A DNA stretch of 64,000 bases from Raillietiella orientalis (lineage: Eukaryota), in NCBI GenBank assembly GCA_036172245.1, contig JAYWIR010000030.1, positions 1 through 64,000 on the forward strand, read 5' to 3'. Position numbers and translations under genes: made by a program. Within the stretch, counting starts at the first letter, position 1, and each line of letters starts with the position of its first letter. The notes below the pieces were generated by a model. It was given only the letters and a program-made list of their open reading frames with translations, did no database searches and was not told where the DNA came from. This document shows, piece after piece, positions 50,077-60,404 of the stretch.

Positions 50077-51401
50077 CAAATAAGTCTTAGTAATGTTATC
50101 TTATTAAAGTAGCTGATTAAAGTTCGTGATTGAAAGAAGGGTTTAAATTTAATATAGCCCTTTGGAAACAAAACAAAAAACAAAACAGACCATGCAAAGT
50201 AAGCAAAAGTGAGTCAGTTTGTTAATCAGGTAATTGTTCTTTAGGTAGGACGCAATAAATCCAAGTTTTATCAACTACGGAATAATTTGTGGTTTTCTTA
50301 TTTTCAGTGTAATCTTTTGCTTAGCTCGAGGGACAGTAAGTGGGATGTGATTTTACTTTGGAAATTCGATTTTGTTCAGATTATATATTTGGTATTTTCC
50401 CAGAATGCAGAGTTTTGTGCAATCGTTGATCTGTGCCATCTTGAGCGCCAAATGTGAGAGGATGAAAAATCAGTATTTTTAGTCTGCTGGATATTTTAAT
50501 TCTTCATACTTCTCAGGGGAACCTAAACAAAAATCTTTGGCATCTTCGACAAGTGTATCTTCAGGACTGAAATAGGTTTCCAAGTAATTATAGCAACATA
50601 GTGAGTTGCTAGTAGTTGTGCATATAATTTCGTTGCAAGTAAATATAAGTTCTCTCAAGTTCCCGATGGTCACCGGTAAGCTCTGTGAAACAGTAAACGG
50701 ATGCATGCTTCTGTGGATGTTGTGAAAGTTTGAAATTTTACAGATGATTCCATTATTTCCAAATTTACGTCATGACTGAGTAAACTGGATAGGATTTTTT
50801 GGGGGAGTGAATTAATTTTCAAGACACCATTGGAGAAAACATGTACATTTTGCTAAAGCTGACAAGAGATAAATGATGATAAAGGAAAGTTGTTTTGTAA
50901 CGGAAACCGAAATGCTTAGGTGCAGTATGCGAATCGGATTCCAATTTAAAACTATTTGTTAAAAGCCACGTAGTTTGTGCTTTTAAATAGCCAGGTCGTC
51001 GTTCCTACCAAAAGATGCCAAATTCCTACATGTTTGTTTCGGTGTACATTGGCAAATGATGCATTCGGTTCCTGTTCCAACTTGCTTAGTTTCGGTTGTA
51101 GCAATTTTTCACCATAGTTTTCGTCATGACAACGGTATGCGTGTTTTCCGCGTGTTCAGTTCTTCACAAGTTATGTACTTCAATGCGACACAGTGTTTTC
51201 CGTCCTGCTGTAAGTGAAGAGCGTTTAGGTGCTTCAGAGGAACGAGCAACTCTTCACAGACACTTCAGCAGCTCCAGTCGACGGTCCCCATTTGCAATTG
51301 CCCTCTTCTTTTTTAGCAATGGGATCAGGGTTTGTCCGGGAGAGTTCCTTCGATTACGAATCCTGGAACGATTTCGTTTTGGGAATCGCAGAGTTTGGAT
51401 T

Positions 51402-51423
51402 TCTCTCTCTCTCTCTCTCTCTC
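51402..51423. repeat. (CT)n microsatellite
   Basis: Direct reading. Confidence 0.9.
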
Positions 51424-51677
51424 CAAGGGGTTTCCATTGGAATTTTCAAGGTCGTTGGTGTTTACATCGTGTACGTATGCAGTTTGGTACGTGGGATTCG
51501 GCCTCGTTGTCAATGTTTTCGTTTTTTCCTTCTCGATTCAGCGGTTTCGAGTCCTCCATTTTCGAAATCTAACGAGGAAAACGGAAGGAAATTCTTTGCT
51601 CCATACAAATCGGATTGAAACGCATTTTCACGGTACTGATCGTCGACCTGTTGATTACAACCATGTTGTCTGTTTTA

Positions 51678-51704
51678 TGTGTGTGTGTGTGTGTGTGTGT
51701 GTGT
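51678..51704. repeat. (TG)n microsatellite
   Basis: Direct reading. Confidence 0.9.
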
Positions 51705-53380
51705 TCTACTCATATTTTAGCATTTTCCTGTATTTCAGTGTGATGCCATCCGCTATTCCAAAGTTTGTGCGCGATTTCGCATGGCAGCCTTACCTTTTTG
51801 TCGTTTTCAGCCTCGGAACCCGTAGAGTTTTGTGCAAAACTTCGTGTTCCAAGGCTCGAACAAGAAGCTCTTATTGCCTGAGGTCTTCACGCACAGCCTC
51901 CGAGGGGCAGGTGAAAAGACAACCTCGCGTTTCCATTCGAGTAATCGGTGTGTTTGCTGGTCTTCCTGTTTGGATTCACATCGGTCTTTTCCCACTCCAC
52001 TTTGTGTACCGAATGTGCAAAGTTGGCGTGTCCATACGGTCCGTGCTCTGCATTTTTATCGGTTTAGTAACGTGTGACCGATAGATTCACTGTACAAGCT
52101 AACCGTAGTAGCTGAAGTATTATTCGGTGCGTGCAAACGAGACCCCAGGCAAGAGGAGAACGACGATGACTGAAACGTTCAAGGACTGCACCGACAAGTC
52201 AAACTTTGGAAACACGGGAAGATTTCGGAGGGGGGCAAATTCTGTGGATTTTCTCGAACCTAGAAGCGGGCAAGTCGAAGCTCATGGAGAAGTAGCCTTT
52301 GCCCAAATGAATCGATGGGTTAATTGCATCCACTATGTAGTTTCGTGGCGGTATCTATTCGAATAAGCGCGTTCAAATCATATGGAGAAGAATTAAAACC
52401 GTGTGGAGGAAACGTTTCGAATTCGCGTTGGCAAGTCGACGGTGGTAAATCGGGCGTGGTTTGCCTGGTCCACAAAGCGCAATCCACGTTCGGAATGGTT
52501 TCATGCGGAGGGCGTGTGTATGGATGGATGTGGGGATCGTTGGGTGCGTTTCGTGGTGTGCGGTCCTTGCGTGCTGAATTCGATGCCAGCACTGCCTGAA
52601 GAGGCGCAGCATCCGTGACTTCAGCAGCCATCGCTTGGGATTCAGAACACCTTCGGTTCTTAAAGAACCGCGTATCCTTCTGAACTTGTTCGCATGCACG
52701 CCTGTTGGGGCTGTCCCGCGCTTCGGCATTCAAGGTGCAAAGGATATAGTTCAGATCCCGGCTGAAACCTGACTTTCCACTGGATTTTCGCTTCTGACCT
52801 TTTCACTCGATCCGTGTGGCGGCGGCACGTTGCGGTCTCTGTCTTCAGCTCCGGGTGGTGACTCTGCTTTTGCCTTCGTCGCGCGAGATGCATGTGAGGG
52901 GGAGGAGGTTGCACCAAGCTGAAACCAAGGTGCATCAACAAGTGTAGGCAGACAAGCAGCGGTGTACAGTCGAATTCCTTTCGTGTCCTTGCTCCATTAA
53001 GATGTTTCCCTTTCTGAAGCACTTGGAATTCCCGAAACCGTTCCTCGAGAACAGTTTTTTGTACATGTGTTTGTTTTTCAAGAGTACCCCCTTTTTATTC
53101 AATTTCTGCAAGCGTTTCGATTAATCAGGAAAATTGTACAACATCGGATATCGAAGCATATGTATACATCGTGGTAGATGTATGCGATGAGCTATGGTGG
53201 GGCATGCGTCTGCATCACATGCACCTATGTGATGCTCATTAGTTCCGGTGTTTGCATCAAATGTAACTGCAACAGTTCCCTCAACATGGCGCTCATTGCA
53301 TTCGTGTATTGTATTCCATTAATAATGTGCACATTTTTAAGCAGTATTTGTAATATGTGCATTTTTTCTTTTGTTTTCAG

Positions 53381-53447
53381 GTGAATCAGTTGCTGCAACA
53401 AATGCTAGAGACATTTGAATCCATGTCCAATCAGATAATAACAAAAA
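53381..53447 (+). CDS. HSBP1: Heat shock factor-binding protein 1, coding exon 2
   Basis: Polypyrimidine tract plus TTTTCAG acceptor. Encodes VNQLLQQMLETFESMSNQIITK+A, matching HSBP1 VQxLLQQMQDKFQTMSDQII. Confidence 0.93.
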
Positions 53448-54063
53448 ATATCCTTTTTTTGTGTTGTGTCCGGAAAATCCATCAGTCTGTTTAATGAGAG
53501 CTTTTAGCATGTTCTGTGGTAATTTCCTACTTTGGATTATCTTGCTGGAAAGCACTTTCTTGATTCAAGCGGCTTTCGGCTATCTCATGTAATTTGGGAA
53601 AAAATTTACGCTTCGGTTTGCGTGCATTCTGCACTCCCTTTTCTCAAAGATGAGCACACTTTCAAGATTTAAAAATAAAATCTCATTTTCTTCAAGATAG
53701 AAAGCACCTTTTTGGTTGATGACTGTAGAAAGGACCGAATCTGCACCTGTAAGCACATCCCGGTATTTATCTATGTAAACACGGGTTTTGCTTGATAATC
53801 GGCTTCCCTCGCTTAGTGAATTTTGTTTTCGACTTTTGAATACGACGTGTACATCGTGTCCTTTGATATCTTGAGAATTTCGTTCTAGTTGTTTTATACG
53901 TGTTGTACATGTGAATGTCAGCAGACGATGTTGCGTGCATCGTCGTTCCAGTTTTCAAACCAGTTTGCTCATATGGGAATTTGAAGGGGAAAAAAAAAAA
54001 AAAAAAAAATATGTGTACAATTCGATCAAATGTACAAAAAAAAAATTCTTAATTCAGACATAC
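53448..54063 (+). other. U12-type (minor spliceosome) AT-AC intron, 616 nt
   Basis: 5' end ATATCCTTT, branch-like TTCTTAAT at 54046-54053, terminal AC at 54062-54063. Removal gives in-frame IITK-I-DEM. Confidence 0.92.
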
Positions 54064-54176
54064 TAGATGAAATGGGAGGTCGTATCGAAGATCTGGAGCG
54101 GAATATCACTGATCTTATGACTCAGATTGATCCTGCTGAGGAAGCTGAAACAGAATCAACCGTGAACAAATCTTGA
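54064..54176 (+). CDS. HSBP1: Heat shock factor-binding protein 1, coding exon 3 (total 94 aa)
   Basis: Encodes (I)DEMGGRIEDLERNITDLMTQIDPAEEAETESTVNKS*, matching HSBP1 IDDMxxRIDDLEKNIADLMTQ. Confidence 0.93.
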
Positions 54177-54269
54177 ACATGGGATCGCGTTGTGCATAGC
54201 ATCGAACTGTTATCTTTTCGTTCTGTTATGCTGCATTCATAACAGAGAAAAATGGAATGGTGATGTAGC

Positions 54270-54275
54270 AATAAA
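54270..54275 (+). terminator. Probable HSBP1 polyadenylation signal
   Basis: AATAAA ~95 nt after the stop codon, followed by a downstream T/GT-rich tract. Confidence 0.65.
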
Positions 54276-54342
54276 GGCATCACTGATTTGAATGAAAAAT
54301 GAGATTTTTTTTTTTTTTTTGGTGGTCATTTTTATATATATT

Positions 54343-54354
54343 TATATACATACA

Positions 54355-54408
<54 letters not shown>
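54343..54408. repeat. Compound (TACA)n(TA)n microsatellite
   Basis: Direct reading. Confidence 0.92.
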
Positions 54409-57013
54409 CGCACACGGTTCCTTTATAGTTGGCACGGGTTGATGAAACTTGGTTGAACCGCTTCATTTCTTTGAATCATGATTTCGTCATCAGCAAGGTC
54501 GCGGCTCTGCAGTCCGCCACGAAAGTTCCTCATGCAAGTTTTCCATCGAAGCCTCCGAACCGAATGAATTTTTGGATCTTCCAATTTTCCCTTTAGTTTC
54601 GCTGGAAGCGAAGTGCGGAATGGTAGCCTCGACGACTCCTTTTCTGATTAGGCGCGATCCACACGCATGGCGCTAAGCACTCTGTTGCTGTGCTTCGTCT
54701 TGGCATCCGAGTATCAATCAGGTAAGCAGTCTCGGGAACCTTTTGTGAGAACGAGCGAACGCTGGACTCTTTTGCAATGCCAGCCAGCCAGCCAGCCCCC
54801 CCTTTCGCCCCCCCCCCCCCCAATGGCTTCCGCGATGTGGTAAAGCTGCTGCTAATGTGAAAGTGGATTCGCTTGGTGGGTGCTCTCACGAGTTTGATCC
54901 TTTGGATCCGGAAGGTCGCATGCGAAACAGTTTCGCTCTTCCGGCGGTGTCAAAGACTTGGTCGGCGTGTGGGAAGATGCCCTTCGTAATACCGGGGGGT
55001 GTTTCTGTCGGATTTAATTAGTGATCCACGCGAGAGGTAACTGAGACGCAGGTGGGAATGCTTCCCTCCTGATTTCGGTTTCCCCGTGTCGTTTTCTCCT
55101 TGCCCCGTCGAAAGCCTTCCAGCGAAGGGAAGTATAGCTCGAAACGTGGTGGTCCTGACCGTTGAGGTGGTGGTGGTGGTGGTGGTGGTTGAATGCACTT
55201 GACGTCTTGCGGCATGCGCTGCGTGCTGGTGAACATGCGAAGGAGTGGTTGCATTTGGCGGCTTGCGTGCGGTCATTTCGGTCGTGCATTTCGGCTCTTT
55301 TTTCTTTCTTCCTTTTGTTTTTTTCTCCGTCACCTGCCATCTCGTTATGGGCGTTTCGTCCACTTTAAAAACTGTCGAAACGGGAAACCCCCCCCCCCCC
55401 CCTGAAAATCTGTTGGGGGGAATCTGCATGCCCCCTTGGGGTCTCTCCTTGCCTTGGGTGATGCGGAATCGGGGGGGGGGGGAAAAAAAACACCACGTAG
55501 GGAGCGAGTGGGCACCCGGAATTTTCGAATGGAAAGAGGTGGTCATGAAATCTCAAACAAGATGAAGGCGGATGTGCACGCAGTCGCCTCCAGAGGTTCG
55601 GAATCCGCCGCCTGGTGTTTCCTTTTTCCCGTTGGTATTGGTGATTATCACGTTGCTTTGTGATTTCGTGCCCTCACCGTGAGCACCGAGAGTTTCCTCG
55701 GGTGAGCGTCCCTAGCCCGCGTGCAGTAGGGCTGCATTCGGGAGTGCGTTTCTGATGAACACTCTGATGTGCTTGCTCGTGTAATGTGATCTGTTGATTC
55801 AAGACACGGATAAAGCCTTTTAAAGTTATCGCGTTTTTTTTTTTTTGTTTTTTTTTTTTCTTCCTTTTTCTTTTCTTTTCTTTTCTTTTGTGTGTGTGTG
55901 TGTGTGTCTCCAGAGGAGGGTGGCATCAATAAAAGTAGCTTGACTCAAGTCCCTCCCCCCCCCCTTCTTCCCCCAGGCAATCAGTGTCGGTTATTTAGGA
56001 TTGGTTGCAAGATTTTTTGTTTCATCTGAGAAGCTTTCCTCATCGAGAACGTTTTTTACGTTTTACGATTACACTAACGTTTTTGTTTGATGGTCATTTT
56101 GTCGTCAGAATGGAGTTTTATTAACACATTAGTAAGAATACATTAGGATACCTTCCTTCCTCAGCGTTCGTAGCACAAATGCCGATTTTGAACGATTGCT
56201 GCCTCGGGAAGGCGAAGCTTTTGAGGTGACGGTCCCCGAAGATGTCCCGTCTCCCGCAGTTGCGGGGCGCAGCAGCCAGCGGTCTCCCGAAAGATTCAGT
56301 GGTAAAGCAGCGATCACTTGCGGTGACGTCCGAGTGCACGAGTCGTGTGTGCACATGTGCACACGTTTGGTGCGCGCGCTTGCCCTACACTATCATAAAC
56401 TCGCCCGAAGGCACTGCCTTTCTTTAGGAGGAGTTTCCCTGGTCACCGGCAGGAGCTTGCTGCTCGGTTGATTGCATCATCCACGAAACAGGGATCTCCC
56501 GTTGCCACCTCAGTTGTGGTGATGGAATTCCCCGACGTGGATTCCGCTCGATCTTGCAAGTGTGCAGGAAACCGAGCCTGGAAACCTGGCGGGTTTTCGT
56601 TGGGATCCGACTGCCAGGGCCCGCCCCCCCGTCCCCCTCTCGCCCGTCGGTTTTTCGAATGGCTGACTTGCGGTGCAGGTCCTCGTAGAGTTCGGTTCCC
56701 GCGTCTCGAGCTCTCCTGCAGACTCCGGTGCAGACTTTCGTTTAGAGTTCTGGCACTCGACATCTGCCGCATCCAAAGCATCTGAACATCTAGGAGCGGC
56801 TTGAAGCGAACGAGATGGGGCAGTTTTTCCGTTTTTCCATCAAACCGCGTGAGATGCCCCCTTTCGACTGGTTGGAGCACAGTGCGCTGCTTCTTGTCGG
56901 CTACGTAATGTGCATAGATGACTTTTTTTTTCTTCTTCCTTCCCGTGCAAACCTCCAAATGTTTCAATCATGTTAATTGGTACATCAATTCCTACGGGCG
57001 GGCGGGGGGGTGG

Positions 57014-57015
<2 letters not shown>

Positions 57016-57047
<32 letters not shown>
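57016..57047. repeat. (GA)n microsatellite
   Basis: Direct reading. Confidence 0.9.
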
Positions 57048-57050
<3 letters not shown>

Positions 57051-59873
57051 CGTCGTGTTCCTTACTCAAAGTCCGACACGTCGTGTAGACGCTGGCGTGG
57101 TCCAAAGTGGTCATCCGGCCAGCTCTCTGCTTGTGACTTTGAGTTTCAGCATGTTTTATGCCTTCGAGAAGGTTGAAACGTTCTTTGAGTTTTTTTTTCC
57201 TTCCTTTTTTTTTTGTTCTGAGCGATTACAGCATGTCGCACCGTGATCCTTCTGCACAGGCATGGAGGAAAGTAGGGAGCACCTGCTCAAATTACCACTT
57301 GACGATTCAAACTGGGCGGATTAGGTGTTTTCGGTAATCCGAAATGCTAATTTCGGGATGACACTCGAAATCGTTCAGTGGTTTTGTGTTTTAACGTTCC
57401 CTTGCGGTTCTCTCGGCGTGGTGTTTTTGTTTCAGCCAAAAAAAAGAGGAGAAAAAAAAAAGAAATGCTCAGATATCTTCCGTATGCTTAGTCCAGCGAA
57501 TCTGAGGCAGCACGATTGCACTGCGAAAGAGGTATTCCGAGTTTTATCTCCACAGCACGTTGGCTTTCATCTCTTTGCGACCCACCCGCTCCGTCCCCGA
57601 GACAGCGACGACGAAATTTCCGAATGAATCCTTCTTCGTGGAAACCTGAAGATAAGTGCGGATGAACGGATGCAGGGGAAGCCCTCCCAAACTCGTGCTC
57701 AGGTGAAGATGAACCCTTCGTGCTGTACGTGCGAAAGTGCGGGGGAGATTTTTCGAAAAAATTGGGAGATGGGATCCCTCTTGAGTAAATAGCGCCTGTG
57801 GACCGCAGCGCAGGCCATCTTCCGGCCACGTTCTCCTTTGGAATCGTTTCGTGTGTATTCTTATTTTCTGAGGGGCTTACGTAGAAATGACGAGGTCGAG
57901 CGACTGTGCCTTCCTTCTAAGAACGGAGTAGAAATCTAAAATCTGGCGTGCAAATCGTAGAAGGCAGCTCGGCGACGTCAAGTGGAAGTCAAGAGAAAAA
58001 TAAGGTCAAATCTGTGAGAACTTGACCCGAATCCAGGTGAACATTTGTTTTTGATGGATCGCTCGTAGATGTAGACAGCGCATTTTTTGGCCCGCTACCT
58101 TCGAAGTCAACTTGTACAGATGATGCTGATGTACGGTATATACCCTTGTGTTTTGCAACGGAAGATAGCATTTTTTTTTTTTTTTGCTGTCGCGAATTCC
58201 AGTTTTGTCCTGAAATTGCCAACACTGCAATTCCACAAATAAAGCACAGAGTACTTTGAAACTTTCGTGTTTTTCATTTTCCTGTACAGAGTAGTATGAA
58301 GTGAATGTGCATGTCCAATGTAAAATGTGTACCATGCAAAAGTCTCGCACGTACTGAGGAACTGCAACCTGCTTGTATTTGCAACGGAAGAAACCCATCT
58401 GCCCGTTTGTCATGGCTCCATGCGATCATTTCCTTTTCGCGAGCCAACTGTGTTGGTCCATATTGCACCGCACCGTCTTCTCTGGTCCGTTCCTTGGATT
58501 CAGCATCACTCCACGTGATTCGAATCCAGGATATTGCCTCCCAAGCGGAACGGTTCTACGTTATCGAGCGGAGTGCCTCTTGCCGTTGACATCGTGTGAC
58601 CTCGCACAAAGTGCAGTGTTTTCCTTTGTTTTTCTTCAGTTTTCAAGATTTTTCTCGAACGAATGGCTTTATCGAAGAAGACAGCCTCCCCTCCCAGATT
58701 TATTGTTCGCTTTATCCTTCATGGAGACGATGCAGCCACCGTCACAGCTTCCCAGCTTGATGCTGTCGTTTCGAACTTTGTAAATGAAAATCGGTGCTCC
58801 ACCGAAAAGGTGGGCAGGAAAACGAACAACCACCGCTCTTGAGAAGAGAGGGGGGGGGGGGGGGAATCCTGAATTTCCACGGAATCCATAACTTGAAAGT
58901 TGTACTTCCAACTTTTGATGCCTACCTCCACCACCACGGGTCGACGTGGTTTCGCACTCTCCTGTGCACGTGTGGTTTACTCCGGACAGTGTCGTTTTTT
59001 GTCTCGGGTTTCCCTCTCGCCTCTAAATTTCGTGAGGCAGGTTTGACGCGTTGCTTCCAGAGTCTGTTTGCATCCAGGGGGATGCGTTGGTTTCAGGAAA
59101 CCGTCGTGTGTGTGCACGATGGAATTCGGGATCGAAAGCTCTCGTGCAAACCGCGTGAGCGGGAAACGATTTCTTCATGCCACTGTTGCGGTCGGGGGAC
59201 TGCCATTACGTAGTGGTTGAGGTTCATCGCTCGCTTTCCACGCTCGTTTCGCTCAGTTCGTTTTGAAAGCAGGGCGTTCATACTTTGGAAGCCTCTCGTC
59301 GTGTACGACAGGTTCCGCGAGGAAGGGGGGAAGCGTCCCACGAGCCACAGTGTGAAGGGTCCAGCGAGCGGATTCACAGCACGGAACCAGCCAACGGTGC
59401 ACGTGGTCAGAAGATCCGGGGAAGGGTTGCGCGTCCAGGTTCTCCGCAACCGTTTCCCAGCATCAGTGGGTCGCGCTGTCGTTTTCAATCCGCGAAGGGT
59501 GAAGTTCGGCGCAGGACGAGCATCGGTGACCGCGGTTGAATGCAATGGGAATGTGGACGAGGCTCCTGCATGTCGCAGATGCTATCGTGCCAAAGATTGT
59601 TTTTGTCTCCCAAGAGCGCTGTGTGTTTGTTCCGGAAGGAGGATGCCTTCCGATCTCGAAAGTAAGAGATATTTTCGGTGCGATCCCGGCTTGTGTGTCT
59701 CATAGCCTGCCAAAAAGTCGGCCTTGCAAATTGCTGCACAAATTTCTTAATTTGTCCGCTTTACGCTGACAAGGAAAATTCTTTCCCATGCTTCCTCCGA
59801 AGCACTTTATTGCATGCTCCCTTTATTGTTTGGTCGTAAAAAAGGAAATCCTCGAAGGATATCATGAACAACA

Positions 59874-59898
59874 ACACACACACACACACACACACACA
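59874..59898. repeat. (CA)n microsatellite
   Basis: Direct reading. Confidence 0.88.
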
Positions 59899-60368
59899 GA
59901 AACACAAGACCAAATTGACGTAAAGTTCAAGAGTAGTGAGGGGTTTCGAGCTGTAAACATTGTGGCGGAGAGCTGCGTCCAGACGGGAAGGCTGAAGTCA
60001 GCATGGCACGCGAAACTTCGACAAAGGGCGAGCCACACTTTTTGAGCTCGCTTCCGCTGTGTGCACTAGTGGGAAAACCACCACCATCCCTGCTGATTTT
60101 CTTCACCATTCTATTGGAGACGCTATCCGCAAAGGGGGTTGCCCCTCTCGTCACTGTTACCTGAGCGACCTCGTTTTCCTGTTTGCATCCCTCACAGAGC
60201 AGCTCGTCTCGGTCAAACATTCGAGAATCGGCGGAAAGAAGCAACAGCAGTCGATCAGCTGTTTTCCCCTGCAAATGGCTTTTTGGAGACAAGGGGTCAG
60301 GCAGCGGCCATCAGTCCGAATTCACGGCTCTGGACAGCGAAGCCGCGCGTTGATTCTAAACTCGGAGG

Positions 60369-60404
60369 TACACTTTGATCTTAGCCAAAAGGCCGAGGAG
60401 CGAT
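60369..60404 (-). pseudogene. U2: 3'-truncated U2 snRNA retrocopy (U2 nt 1-36)
   Basis: Minus strand reads ATCGCTCCTCGGCCTTTTGGCTAAGATCAAAGTGTA, the U2 5' end (canonical ATCGCTTCTCGGCCTT(T/A)TGGCTAAGATCA(A)AGTGTAG) with a T>C at nt 7. The rest of U2 is absent. Flanked by a 12-bp direct repeat. Confidence 0.9.

Noticed and set aside
54055..54057. CAG as a conventional acceptor for HSBP1 exon 3
   Set aside because: Exon 2 has no matching GT donor at its end, and this site would add two residues relative to the HSBP1 alignment. The AT-AC pair fits exactly.
58360..58620. SH3-like motif (SWL...GQMGFFRCKY) on the minus strand
   Set aside because: Interrupted by a stop and lacks a convincing N-terminal ALYDY/ELSF part; insufficient support.
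60369..60404. Functional U2 snRNA gene
   Set aside because: Only the first 36 nt are present. The full branch-recognition sequence, Sm site and 3' stems are missing.
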